From Candidatus Limnocylindrales bacterium (lineage in GTDB: Bacteria > Moduliflexota > Moduliflexia > Moduliflexales > JAUQPW01), in contig DATMBG010000034.1 in assembly GCA_035559535.1 (NCBI GenBank), positions 1-64,000 of the forward strand: DNA of 64,000 bases, in the 5' to 3' direction. This document shows, piece after piece, positions 9,697 through 19,193 of the stretch; positions within the stretch are counted from its first letter, which is position 1; each line of letters starts with the position of its first letter. Under the pieces are notes generated by a model. It was not told where the DNA came from, made no database searches, and saw only the letters and a list, made by a program, of their open reading frames with translations. The translations under genes were made by a program, and so were the position numbers.

Positions 9697-9739
9697 CCCT
9701 CACCCCTTCGTCCCCTCTCTCCCGAGTTGGGAGAAAGGG
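9697..9739. repeat. CCCTCACCCC...CCCTCTCCC...GGGAGAGGG-type palindromic repeat
   Basis: Same family recurs at 9855-9892 and, partially, at 42872-42894. Confidence 0.75.
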
Positions 9740-9816
9740 TTAGGGAAGGGGAACTGGAAGGGTCTGTAAAAATCCTACCCCAGAAGGCTCCCTCTTCTGA
9801 AGCCCCGAAAGAGGAA

Positions 9817-9944
9817 TACTTTGTTTACTTAGTTTTGCTTAACTTTATAAGCGGCCCTCACCCCCGGCCCCTCTCCCACAAGGGGAGAGGGGAGTTGGGA
9901 AGGAAAAGCAGCACTATAAGGTCAAAAACCAAGTAAACAAGGTA
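9817..9944. mobile_element. TA-flanked MITE-like element carrying a palindromic repeat
   Basis: Imperfect terminal IR TACTTTGTTTACTTAGTTTT / AAAACCAAGTAAACAAGGTA. Confidence 0.6.
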
Positions 9945-10279
9945 GGAGTCCGGGATAAAGACCTGAAGAGTTACTTTGTTTTTATTCTGACTTCTGACTC
10001 CTTAACTTTCTATTTGACAATTCCCTTATCTTTGTGCTTATAGTAGCTACAAGATATGCTTGCGTCAAGCTTTTACAGTAGTCCTGGAAAAAATCTCCTA
10101 TCTGAAGTAAAGTAGAAAGTTAAGAATGCCGTAGGATAGGCATATACAGGCTTTCAGGAGTAGTTTTTGAGCTTGAGCCGGATCTTGAGAAAAGTTCCTG
10201 AATTTTTTAATAAAGAAATCATTCCTCCAGTGCGGTAGAGATATTATCCAGATAACGTCCCTACCGTGTATTAACAAAG

Positions 10280-11023
10280 ATGCAACTTTTAGTCAGTGTG
10301 ACCGATGTCGAAGAAGCTGAAAACGCCATGGAAGGTGGCGCAGACATCATCGATATTAAGAATCCATCCGAAGGTTCTTTGGGTGCAAATTTTCCCCACG
10401 TGATCCGAGAAATTGTAAGCAAAATCCCTTCTTCTCTCGAATCCAGTGCGACCCTTGGAGACGTTCCCAATTTACCCGGCACAGTTTCTTTAGCCGGAGC
10501 AGGCGCAGCGTGGTGTGGGGTAAACTACGTAAAAGTGGGGCTTATGGGGGTTCGTACCCTGGAGGATGCCATTTTTCTCCTGAAACAGCTCCGCCATGCC
10601 GTCAAGATGATTAATCCCCATATTAAGGTTATAGCGGCCGGTTATGCCGATGCGGCTATGGTTAAAGCCTTAAATCCCCTCCTTCTTCCCCTGGTTTCCT
10701 CACAGGCAGGTATTGAGGGGTGTATGATCGATACGGCAATTAAAGACGGACATAATCTGTTTTACTATTTAAATCGAGATCAGCTTGAGAATTTTGTCAC
10801 GGAAGCCCAGGGATCTGGTTTAATCTGTGCCCTGGCAGGATCTTTACGTGAGGTGGACATACCCCTTATCCAGGAGCTGGGTGCAGATATTATAGGTCTT
10901 AGAACGGCCGTATGTGAAGGGGATCGTGTCCGTGGGCGAGTTAGCAAAAGTAAAGTTCAAAGGATCCGTTCGATTCTGGAAATGAAATCTTTAAATGGCC
11001 ATCTCCAAACGACATATCCATGA
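10280..11023 (+). CDS. mfnB: (5-formylfuran-3-yl)methyl phosphate synthase (DUF556)
   Basis: LLVS...EEA...GGADIIDIKNPSEGSLGANFP, SATLGD, YVKVGL, DTAIKDG and ALAGSL motifs. Confidence 0.92.
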   Translation: MQLLVSVTDVEEAENAMEGGADIIDIKNPSEGSLGANFPHVIREIVSKIPSSLESSATLGDVPNLPGTVSLAGAGAAWCGVNYVKVGLMGVRTLEDAIFLLKQLRHAVKMINPHIKVIAAGYADAAMVKALNPLLLPLVSSQAGIEGCMIDTAIKDGHNLFYYLNRDQLENFVTEAQGSGLICALAGSLREVDIPLIQELGADIIGLRTAVCEGDRVRGRVSKSKVQRIRSILEMKSLNGHLQTTYP

Positions 11024-11706
11024 AAAAGTTAATTCTTTGCCTGATTGGAATTCTGCTCTTACGGCCTGGGATAGCCGGAGCCCATAACAACAGCATTAGT
11101 TTCTCCGAAATTAAAATCTATCCCGATCACATCCAATACGATCTCAGAACTATTCTGAGCGAGTTTATAACCCATGCTGTTCTTGCAGACGATAACGGAG
11201 ATCAAAAACTCGATGAGGTAGAACTTCAGCATCACAGGCAGGAAATATACGAATATTTTAACAAGCGGATCAAAATCCAGGGAAGTTCTCCCTACACTTT
11301 GAAATTAGACTCTATAACCCTTTCAGAAAGTGGGATGCCTTCCATTACCTTCCACCTGATTTTTACGCCTAAAAATCGAAAGGTTGGAAGTTTTACCATC
11401 TCTTGCAAGATATTTGAAGATGTTCAGAACCATCGAAGCCTGGCCAAGATAACGTCCGGAGAAGAAACCCGGCAATTTGTCTTTACGTTGGATAACCAGT
11501 ATGAAAGGAAAGTGGCGGAAGAAGATCAAGACTTTTTCTCCTTAGAGGGAGCTTCAGGGGTTCGAAAGATCCTTATCGCCTTGCTGATACTGATGGGAAT
11601 TGTGGGTAGTTTGTGGTTTGTCCGACGAGCTTTCCGGACGCGCGCCCCTTTACAGAAGGATGGGTCGGATGTAGATATTATAACAGAAGTGGATAAAAAG
11701 AACTGA
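11020..11706 (+). CDS. Exported, C-terminally anchored protein resembling the N-terminal domain of HupE/UreJ-type proteins
   Basis: Signal peptide ending AGAH; similar to the N-half of 32761..33894 (SCKI.EDV...H..LAK.T..GETRQF.FT); one C-terminal TM. Confidence 0.65.
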   Translation: MKKLILCLIGILLLRPGIAGAHNNSISFSEIKIYPDHIQYDLRTILSEFITHAVLADDNGDQKLDEVELQHHRQEIYEYFNKRIKIQGSSPYTLKLDSITLSESGMPSITFHLIFTPKNRKVGSFTISCKIFEDVQNHRSLAKITSGEETRQFVFTLDNQYERKVAEEDQDFFSLEGASGVRKILIALLILMGIVGSLWFVRRAFRTRAPLQKDGSDVDIITEVDKKN

Positions 11707-11752
11707 GGTTGAATTTTGTTGAAAGCAAGCCTTTCATACCTAAGACAGAACA

Positions 11753-12538
11753 GTGAGAAAAATGCAAAATTCCAATTTTGATCAACTGGTTGAGGTCATG
11801 CGAACTTTACGCAGTGATAAGGGTTGTCCGTGGGACAAAGAACAGACACTCAAAACTCTTAAACCTTTCCTGGTAGAGGAATGTTATGAAGTTTGGGAAG
11901 CCATAGATGAAAATAACCCTGAAAAGCTAAAAGAGGAATTGGGAGACCTTCTCTTCCAGATTATTTTTTATGCCCAGGTTACCGCCGAACAATTGGGATT
12001 TAACATCTACGACGTGATTGAAACAATTAAACAAAAGATGATACGTCGACACCCCCATGTTTTTGGGGAAGTGAAGGTGAGAGATTCCAAGGAGGTTCTG
12101 GTTAACTGGGAGGAAATGAAGAAGAAAGAGCGTGGGGCTCAGAGTTCTGCGCTGGATGGGGTTCCCAAAAATCTTCCGGCTTTACTTCGGGCACACCGGA
12201 TCCAGGAAAAAGCGGCTCGGGTTAGTTTTGAATGGGAAAATATCCAGCAGTGTCTGGATAAGCTGGGAGAAGAAGGCGCAGAACTTAAGGAAGCCTTGCA
12301 GGAAAGGGATCCGGATAAGATGGAAGAAGAGTTGGGAGATGTTCTCTTTGCTCTGGTAAACGTAGCCAGGTTCATGAAGATCAACCCCGAAGAAGCCCTT
12401 CAAAAGGCCATCGGGAAGTTTATCCGGCGTTTTCAATATGTAGAAGCCAAGGTGGCCGAACAGGGCAAAACCATGAAAGAGACCCCCCTGGAAGAGACCG
12501 TCCGATTGTGGAATGAAGCCAAGGAGAATTTATCATGA
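11753..12538 (+). CDS. mazG: Nucleoside triphosphate pyrophosphohydrolase
   Basis: GCPWDKEQT, two EELGD motifs, RRHPHVFG. Confidence 0.95.
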   Translation: MRKMQNSNFDQLVEVMRTLRSDKGCPWDKEQTLKTLKPFLVEECYEVWEAIDENNPEKLKEELGDLLFQIIFYAQVTAEQLGFNIYDVIETIKQKMIRRHPHVFGEVKVRDSKEVLVNWEEMKKKERGAQSSALDGVPKNLPALLRAHRIQEKAARVSFEWENIQQCLDKLGEEGAELKEALQERDPDKMEEELGDVLFALVNVARFMKINPEEALQKAIGKFIRRFQYVEAKVAEQGKTMKETPLEETVRLWNEAKENLS

Positions 12539-13728
12539 GCGCTGTTTTTAAAGGATTACGGGTTATCGATCTCACCAAGATCATCGTAGGTCCGCTCTGT
12601 ACCATGCTACTGGGGGATATGGGTGCCGATGTGATCAAGGTGGAAAAACCGGACTCTGGAGATGATAGCCGTTACTGGACCGCAGACCCTCGTTATGAAG
12701 GATACAGCCCCTATTTTCTATCTGTCAATCGGAATAAAAGGAGCTTAACTTTAGATTTAAAGCAGCCGGAAGGGGTTGAAATTTTAAAAAAACTCATCGA
12801 GAAGGCCGACGTATTGGTTGAGAACTATCGACCGGGAACCATGGAACGGATGGGTCTAGATTACGAAACCCTAAGGAGATCCAATCCCGGTTTAATTTAT
12901 TGTGCACTTTCCGGCTATGGTTCTTCGGGACCCTATCGGGATTGGGGAAGTTATGATGTAATTATTTCGGCTGTCGGGGGGTTGATGAGTATCACCGGAG
13001 AAGAAGGTGGAAAACCGGTCAAAGTAGGGGTTGCGGTGGGGGATATCATCACGGCCCTTTATGCTTACGGTGCCATCGTCTCAGCCCTTTACGCCCGTCA
13101 AAGCAGCCAGAAAGGACAAAAAGTAGAAGTCTCTCTTCTAGAAAGCCAGATCGCTTCCCTCATTAATATTGCCAGTGATTATCTCAACTCAGGAATTATA
13201 CCCCAAAAGTGGGGAACGGCCCATGCCACCATTGTACCTTACCAGGCATTCCCGGTCAAAGACGGTTATATTGTGATCGGTGCAGGAAGCGATGTATTAT
13301 GGAAAAAACTTTGTAAAGTCCTGGATCTGGAGGAACTCGCCGAAGATCCGAGATTTCGCACGAATCCACAGCGGGTTAAGCATCGAGACCTTCTTGTTAA
13401 AATCCTCGAAGAAAAACTTCAAACTTCGACCCGGGCGGAATGGCTGGAAAAACTCAATAAGGAAGGAATTCCGGCCGGTCCCATCAATAATCTGGACGAG
13501 GTCTTTCGAGATCCCCAGGTTAACCATTTGAAGATGGTCCAGGAAGTAATGCATCCTCGAATGGGAAAGGTAAAACTGATTCGAAATCCTGTTACTTTTT
13601 CTGAAACCCCGGCATCGATTGATCTACCTCCTCCCTTGCTTGGAGAGCATACAGAAGAAATTTTAGAACAGCTTCTGGGTTATCATCCCGAACAAATCCA
13701 AGAGTTAAAGAGGAAGGGAGTTATTTAA
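12535..13728 (+). CDS. CoA-transferase family III (CaiB/BaiF)
   Basis: LGDMGADVIKVE, NRNKRS, ENYRPG and P.LGEHT motifs. Confidence 0.93.
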   Translation: MSAVFKGLRVIDLTKIIVGPLCTMLLGDMGADVIKVEKPDSGDDSRYWTADPRYEGYSPYFLSVNRNKRSLTLDLKQPEGVEILKKLIEKADVLVENYRPGTMERMGLDYETLRRSNPGLIYCALSGYGSSGPYRDWGSYDVIISAVGGLMSITGEEGGKPVKVGVAVGDIITALYAYGAIVSALYARQSSQKGQKVEVSLLESQIASLINIASDYLNSGIIPQKWGTAHATIVPYQAFPVKDGYIVIGAGSDVLWKKLCKVLDLEELAEDPRFRTNPQRVKHRDLLVKILEEKLQTSTRAEWLEKLNKEGIPAGPINNLDEVFRDPQVNHLKMVQEVMHPRMGKVKLIRNPVTFSETPASIDLPPPLLGEHTEEILEQLLGYHPEQIQELKRKGVI

Positions 13729-15510
13729 ATGAAACCGGCAAAAAGGAGATTCCCTATGGCTTATTTAAAATTGAGAAAAATATCCGGTGCAATCTTATTG
13801 GGATTCATCCTGCTACTGGGAGCAGGTAACCCGGTTGGAGGCCAACCGGCAAGTTGGCCGGAAGAAGTTTTTGCAATTATCAGCCTGGACAATCCGGGTC
13901 AACTCCTCAAGGACGTGGGACAACTGGTCGAAAGTATTCAACCGGGTATGGGCGTCGTGGTGAATAGCGCAGTTGTAGGACAGATGATCTTTAAAAATCC
14001 TACCTGGACGGGAATGGATAGGGGAGGTAAATACCTGGTCTTTATCTTAAATCCTCAGAAATATCCCCAATCTCCCTATGCCATCACCATTCCTTTAACC
14101 AACAGAGCCGGTTATTTAACTACCCTTTCCCAATCGTTGAAAAAAGAAAAGGAAGAGGGAGGAACCTATACCTTCAGAGACCCCCTTAACGAAAAGAGAG
14201 TCTTTGTGACCTTTGCCGGAAAAGTCGCCATCCTTTCAGCGGACAAAGAGGTAACCAGACAGGTCAAAGGGTTCATTGAAAAAAATAATCCCGGCTTGAC
14301 ACCCATTCCTTTCGTAAAGGGCGCCATAACCGCATCGGTTCCAATCAATAGAATCCTGACCACCTTTCAACCGATGATGGAGGCTATGAAACAACAAATG
14401 TTGATGGGACTTGAAAAACAGACACAGCCTCCCCCCCAAGAGGAATCGAAGGGTGAAACTTCCCAGACTCCCTTACAGAGGGAAGCTGTAAAAAAGATCC
14501 TCCAGGCAGAGGTAGATCTCGTGCTATCTTTTCTGGAACAGATCCAAACGTTAAACCTGGGAATCGATGTAAAAGCTGAGGGTCTTCGAATCTCACAAAG
14601 TACCCTTGCCGTGAAAGGGAGTAAGCTGGCAAACTTTATCGACGTACAATCTCCCCATAGATCGTCTTTGTTAGGGTTTATTCCCTCCAATGCCGGAATG
14701 ATAGGGAACATATCCATCAAAGTAACGCCTGAGCTTATCCAGGGATATGTAGAGTTTCTTAAAATGATATACGGGGCGACTCCAGGAGTCGATCCTGCAA
14801 CAATCGACCATTTGAGCCAATGGATAACAGAATTTTTCAAAGCATTCGGAGAGGAATTTGCCTTTGGTCTGTCCTCTGCAGATGAGAAGCCTCTGATGGT
14901 TTACCTTTACAACGTACAGAATCCCTCGAAAGCAAGGCAATTAATGGAGGAATACCCTCAGCTTCTAGCCCCTATGATGAATTTTTATAAAAGCACAGGA
15001 ACAGAGTTTGACGTGAAGATTTCTGATAAAATTAACTATCATTCCGGAGAGATTCTCGTTTACAAGATGAACTTGAAGATCGGGGCTACTACCGACCCTG
15101 AAGCCCAGGAAGCTTTTACAAAACTCTTTGGAAAAGAAATGCCCATGCCGGTGGGTTTTATTGGTCAATACAGTGTTATGGGTTTTGGATCCGGAGCTCT
15201 TGGAGAAGTGCAGAAGCTCATGGACCTTCTCAGTGCAGGTGCCAAGATATCGGCCAAACATACACCTTCTCTGTTTGGTCTTCCAGAAGAGAACAATATC
15301 TTCTTATATTTTTCCATTCCAAAACTGGTAGCCTGGGCAGCCTCTTTAGACCCCAAGATGTCGGATCTTAAAGTTCCGGAAAGTCCAGGAATTGCCCTGA
15401 GCGGTCGCTTTGTGGAATCTCGTATAGAAACGGAATTTTTTATCCCTGCAAAGGAAATTTCAATCTTTCGGGATATGATCCCTGCCCAAAAAGCTCCAGA
15501 ACCGCAATAG
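13729..15510 (+). CDS. Hypothetical exported protein (start possibly 13756)
   Basis: 593-aa ORF with an N-terminal signal-like hydrophobic segment, in operon context. Confidence 0.7.
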   Translation: MKPAKRRFPMAYLKLRKISGAILLGFILLLGAGNPVGGQPASWPEEVFAIISLDNPGQLLKDVGQLVESIQPGMGVVVNSAVVGQMIFKNPTWTGMDRGGKYLVFILNPQKYPQSPYAITIPLTNRAGYLTTLSQSLKKEKEEGGTYTFRDPLNEKRVFVTFAGKVAILSADKEVTRQVKGFIEKNNPGLTPIPFVKGAITASVPINRILTTFQPMMEAMKQQMLMGLEKQTQPPPQEESKGETSQTPLQREAVKKILQAEVDLVLSFLEQIQTLNLGIDVKAEGLRISQSTLAVKGSKLANFIDVQSPHRSSLLGFIPSNAGMIGNISIKVTPELIQGYVEFLKMIYGATPGVDPATIDHLSQWITEFFKAFGEEFAFGLSSADEKPLMVYLYNVQNPSKARQLMEEYPQLLAPMMNFYKSTGTEFDVKISDKINYHSGEILVYKMNLKIGATTDPEAQEAFTKLFGKEMPMPVGFIGQYSVMGFGSGALGEVQKLMDLLSAGAKISAKHTPSLFGLPEENNIFLYFSIPKLVAWAASLDPKMSDLKVPESPGIALSGRFVESRIETEFFIPAKEISIFRDMIPAQKAPEPQ

Positions 15511-15613
15511 CCGGTTCCTGCAGGATCGATTTAATTTCAATTTTATTTAAAATCAATAGAGGCCACCGACCGGTCGCCTTTATCAGAGGTTATAGGACTC
15601 GATTTTTCCCATG

Positions 15614-16900
15614 CTATTGTCCCGGATCCACCATCACCTTTCCCTCCTTCCATACCATAAGCTCCCCTTTTGGAGTCTCTTTTTCATAATCAATCTGAAC
15701 GAAGGACAACTTTGAAACCAGGGGATAGGTAGTCGGTTTTTTGAGAGAGTCTAACCAGGCTTCTAAGGTCTGATCTTCATCGGAGGGGGGAAGTACCATG
15801 AGATCTGTCCAGGTTCCGGTATTCAAGTAAGTTCCGTTTCCGGTTTTGACTTTCTTGGCTCCATGGGTATGCCCAAAGACTACCCACTTTACACCTTTAC
15901 TGGCGATGAGGTTTCTGGCGGTCTCTATGTTAGGATCGTTGTGCAGAACTTCCCAAAGTCGCTGGGTACTTTCGATGAGGGGAAGGGTCCGTTGGAGAAT
16001 TTTAAGTTTTGTACGTTCCCAAAATTCTTTCAGGAAACGCCTTTCCTGGGAAGGGGGGGCATGGATTTGTTCCAATCCTCCAGAGACCAGGGCCAGATCC
16101 TTAATAAATTTAATCGATTCTCGATCCAGTTTGGCCTTCTGGACCTGTTTTTCCACGCTTCGAGCATCTCGTCGAAGGATATTCTTTAACAAACTGAAAA
16201 AGTCTTCAACTTCCAATCCTAAAAAGCGCGGAACCCGATCTAAAAAGAAATTTCGATCTAAGATAAGAACAATAAAAGCACCGGCCAATAAAGGCTTGAT
16301 ATTGTCAATGAATCCATAGCGTGCCTCGACTTCATTAAAAATCTCGATGACAAACCGAGAACCCCAGGGAAGATTAAGGCTTTTGGTCACCTCATCCCGG
16401 ATCAAATGGTCATGATCAACCCAATTGCGGCTATCGTACTGATTACCATGCTCGATGTAAACCCCCGGCGGCATATAAGACAGGGTAGGGTGAAAGATGA
16501 GACCTTTTTTAAGCTCATGGTCGTTTCCGGCTATGGTATCCGCCATCAATTCCCGTACTTCGGGAAAATTAAGTTCAATGTCGTGATTCCCCTGGATGAT
16601 TCGAACCTGATTACCGGCTGCGATAAAAGCACCCAGTTTCTGAAAAGCTTTTTTATGCTTACTTAATACGATCTTTATTTTACTTATTCCACTGTTCAAA
16701 TCCCGTCCTCCTAAAGGAGGAACTTGAAGAAACTCAATGAAATCACCGTTGATCACCAGTTCCACACCCGAATTCTTCCCCTGTGAGTTTCCGGCCAGAT
16801 AATCCAGAAAGTTGATAAACTCTTCTTCGTACACAAAGTCCTCTAATGGACCCCGATCACCGAAATGCAAATCACTTATCACAACATATTTTTTGGGCAT
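15614..16900 (-). CDS. Metallophosphoesterase (calcineurin-like)
   Basis: SDLH, GD, GNHD, HG and GHTH motifs. Confidence 0.88.
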   Translation of the reverse strand: MPKKYVVISDLHFGDRGPLEDFVYEEEFINFLDYLAGNSQGKNSGVELVINGDFIEFLQVPPLGGRDLNSGISKIKIVLSKHKKAFQKLGAFIAAGNQVRIIQGNHDIELNFPEVRELMADTIAGNDHELKKGLIFHPTLSYMPPGVYIEHGNQYDSRNWVDHDHLIRDEVTKSLNLPWGSRFVIEIFNEVEARYGFIDNIKPLLAGAFIVLILDRNFFLDRVPRFLGLEVEDFFSLLKNILRRDARSVEKQVQKAKLDRESIKFIKDLALVSGGLEQIHAPPSQERRFLKEFWERTKLKILQRTLPLIESTQRLWEVLHNDPNIETARNLIASKGVKWVVFGHTHGAKKVKTGNGTYLNTGTWTDLMVLPPSDEDQTLEAWLDSLKKPTTYPLVSKLSFVQIDYEKETPKGELMVWKEGKVMVDPGQ

Positions 16901-17253
16901 GTTAAAGCTCCAGCCTGATTAAAAAACACACCTGCAAAGAACACAAAGAAGACGTGGAGAGGCGGAAATATAAAGACCAAAACCCAATCTGATCTCTCTA
17001 CGTCTCGCAGTGTGGCCTTTGTAGTGACTCAATAGCCTGTTATGCCACAACCCAACCCAGAAATGGTATTATCATGCCTTTGCAGGGTCTTCAAGCAAAA
17101 ACTAATAAAAGAATTCTTGACGAAACTTTTTTTTATCTGCATATTTATAATTTACTTAACTTCCTTTTTCATAAAATTCCATAAAACCACCTTAACACCT
17201 CTGACCGACATCCGTCACGGGGAGAATTGACCTCCTCTAGGGAGAAGACGCAT

Positions 17254-18036
17254 ATGAAAGAAAATAAAGTAAAAAAAGCTTTAAAAGAAGGAAAGGTTAC
17301 CCTGGGAACGCTGGTTGATTTTGTTCGTACTCCGGCGATTGCAACGATGATGAAAGCCATAGGATTCTCCTGGATTATTATCGATTCAGAGCACTCCGGT
17401 TTTTCCATGGAAACCATTGCCGATATTACCCAGATGGCCCGCGGGGTGGATCTGGTACCCATTGTACGGGTCCCTACCCAGCATTATGACCCCATTTACC
17501 GCTATCTGGATATCGGGGCCATGGGTTTATTGATTCCCCGAATTGAAGAGCGGAAGGTTTTAGAACGTATCGTTCGAGAGACCAAATATTATCCCCTGGG
17601 AGAGCGTGGGATGTCACCCCATAATGCCCATTCGGATTTTAAGAAATGGAAAAATATCATGGAGGACACGGCCCGGCTCAACGAGGAAACCATGCTGGTT
17701 TTACTCATTGAAAGCAAGAAAGCCGTAGATAATCTGGAAGATATGTTGCAGGTTAAGGGGGTAGACGTCTGCCATGTGGGGGTTTTCGACCTCTCCCAGT
17801 CTTTGGGACTTACCGGAGATATTCATCATCCGGAAGTTACCGCCTGTATCGAGCATGTAATCCAGGTCTGTAAAAAAATGGGTGTAGCCCCTGGGGTTAC
17901 CACTTTCGATGTGGAAGTCACCAAAAAATGGATCGATAAAGGGATTCAATTCATCAATTATGGACATGATACGGGATTTTTATTTATGGTGGAAAAACAT
18001 ATCCAGGAACTCCAGGGATATATAAACAAACTCTAA
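17254..18036 (+). CDS. HpcH/HpaI aldolase family protein
   Basis: IDSEHS, LDIGAMG, YYPLGERG, IES and DLSQSLG motifs. Confidence 0.9.
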   Translation: MKENKVKKALKEGKVTLGTLVDFVRTPAIATMMKAIGFSWIIIDSEHSGFSMETIADITQMARGVDLVPIVRVPTQHYDPIYRYLDIGAMGLLIPRIEERKVLERIVRETKYYPLGERGMSPHNAHSDFKKWKNIMEDTARLNEETMLVLLIESKKAVDNLEDMLQVKGVDVCHVGVFDLSQSLGLTGDIHHPEVTACIEHVIQVCKKMGVAPGVTTFDVEVTKKWIDKGIQFINYGHDTGFLFMVEKHIQELQGYINKL

Positions 18037-18060
18037 CAGGTTAGAATTGATAATTGTGGA

Positions 18061-18089
18061 TTGACAATTTTCAAGGAATAACCGATAAT
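18061..18089 (+). promoter_or_regulatory. Sigma70-type promoter of the arg operon
   Basis: TTGACA-17 nt-GATAAT, followed by a GAGGAGG RBS and TTG at 18121. Confidence 0.6.
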
Positions 18090-18120
18090 TGGAGAGAATT
18101 TCATAGAGGAGGATTCGGAT

Positions 18121-19143
18121 TTGAAAATCAGAGCCCATAAAATTGCTTCGGTTACGAGAAATTTAGTCTCACAGGAAATGGAGATAACCGATGAGATGGA
18201 AGTCAGGGAAGGCAATCTGATAGTTGTAAAGGCCTTGGAAGAAAAGCTGGTCTATGACAGAATTGAGTTAACGACCGGAAGAATGGCCAAGGTTGCCAAA
18301 GATGATATTATTGTCGGAGCTTTAGGGGGAAGAAAAGCGTTGAAGGGTTTTGTGGGAAAGATTCCCGAATCTATTCGGCGCGGGGATATTCTTCATATTT
18401 TAAATCTGGGAGGTGTCATTGGTATCGCAACCTCCGGCAATCCTGAGGTCGGAAACCCTCTCCGGGTAGAGGTGCTTGGAATGCCGGTGGTTAACGGGAA
18501 AATCGTTCATATCAGCCAGGGAGCTATCCCCTGGAGTTCATCTCTCACAAACTGCCCTCCTTTGGTGGTTGTGGCCGGTACCTGCATGAGTGCCGGAAAG
18601 ACTCAAGCCGCCACAGAAATCATCCACAAACTGACCGAAAAAAAATATCGTGTGGTAGGGGCGAAGGTGACCGGGGTGGCCTGTCTAAGAGATACCCTTA
18701 ATATGCAAGATCATGGGGCTCTGGCCGCACTGAGCTTTTTAGATGCGGGTCTTCCTTCAACAGCCCACATTACCAACGTGGCTCCCGTAGCTAAAGGACT
18801 CTTTAACGAGTTGAGTAAATTAAATCCGGATGTTATCGTGGTCGAACTGGGCGATGGAATCGTCGGAGGTTACAATGTAGGCTCTTTTTTGAAAGACCCC
18901 GAGATTCAGAGTTATAGTCAAGTCTATGTCATGTGCGCCAATGACCTGGTAGGAGCCTGGGGAGCCGTGGAACTTATGAAGCAGTTTTATTTGGAGATCA
19001 CGGTGATGACGGGTCCTGCCACCGATGCCGAGGTAGGTAAGGAGTATATCGAGACCCACTTGAAAATCCCCGCTGCTAACGCCCGGCTGGAGCCGAGGAG
19101 ATTAGCCGAGATTGTAGAAAACAAGTTGAACAGTAAAGGATGA
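18121..19143 (+). CDS. DUF1611-like P-loop protein, first gene of the arg operon
   Basis: VAGTCMSAGKT, AKVTG, FLDAGLPST and VELGDG motifs typical of DUF1611-related proteins. Confidence 0.7.
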   Translation: MKIRAHKIASVTRNLVSQEMEITDEMEVREGNLIVVKALEEKLVYDRIELTTGRMAKVAKDDIIVGALGGRKALKGFVGKIPESIRRGDILHILNLGGVIGIATSGNPEVGNPLRVEVLGMPVVNGKIVHISQGAIPWSSSLTNCPPLVVVAGTCMSAGKTQAATEIIHKLTEKKYRVVGAKVTGVACLRDTLNMQDHGALAALSFLDAGLPSTAHITNVAPVAKGLFNELSKLNPDVIVVELGDGIVGGYNVGSFLKDPEIQSYSQVYVMCANDLVGAWGAVELMKQFYLEITVMTGPATDAEVGKEYIETHLKIPAANARLEPRRLAEIVENKLNSKG

Positions 19144-19193
19144 GGATGTTGTTCGTTGGAAAGGATAACCGACAACGGACAATGGACAGTTTT

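Noticed and set aside
9580-9936. 118-aa plus-strand ORF
   Set aside because: Translation of palindromic repeats and the MITE (PSPLRPLSP, PHPRPLSHKGRG); no protein features
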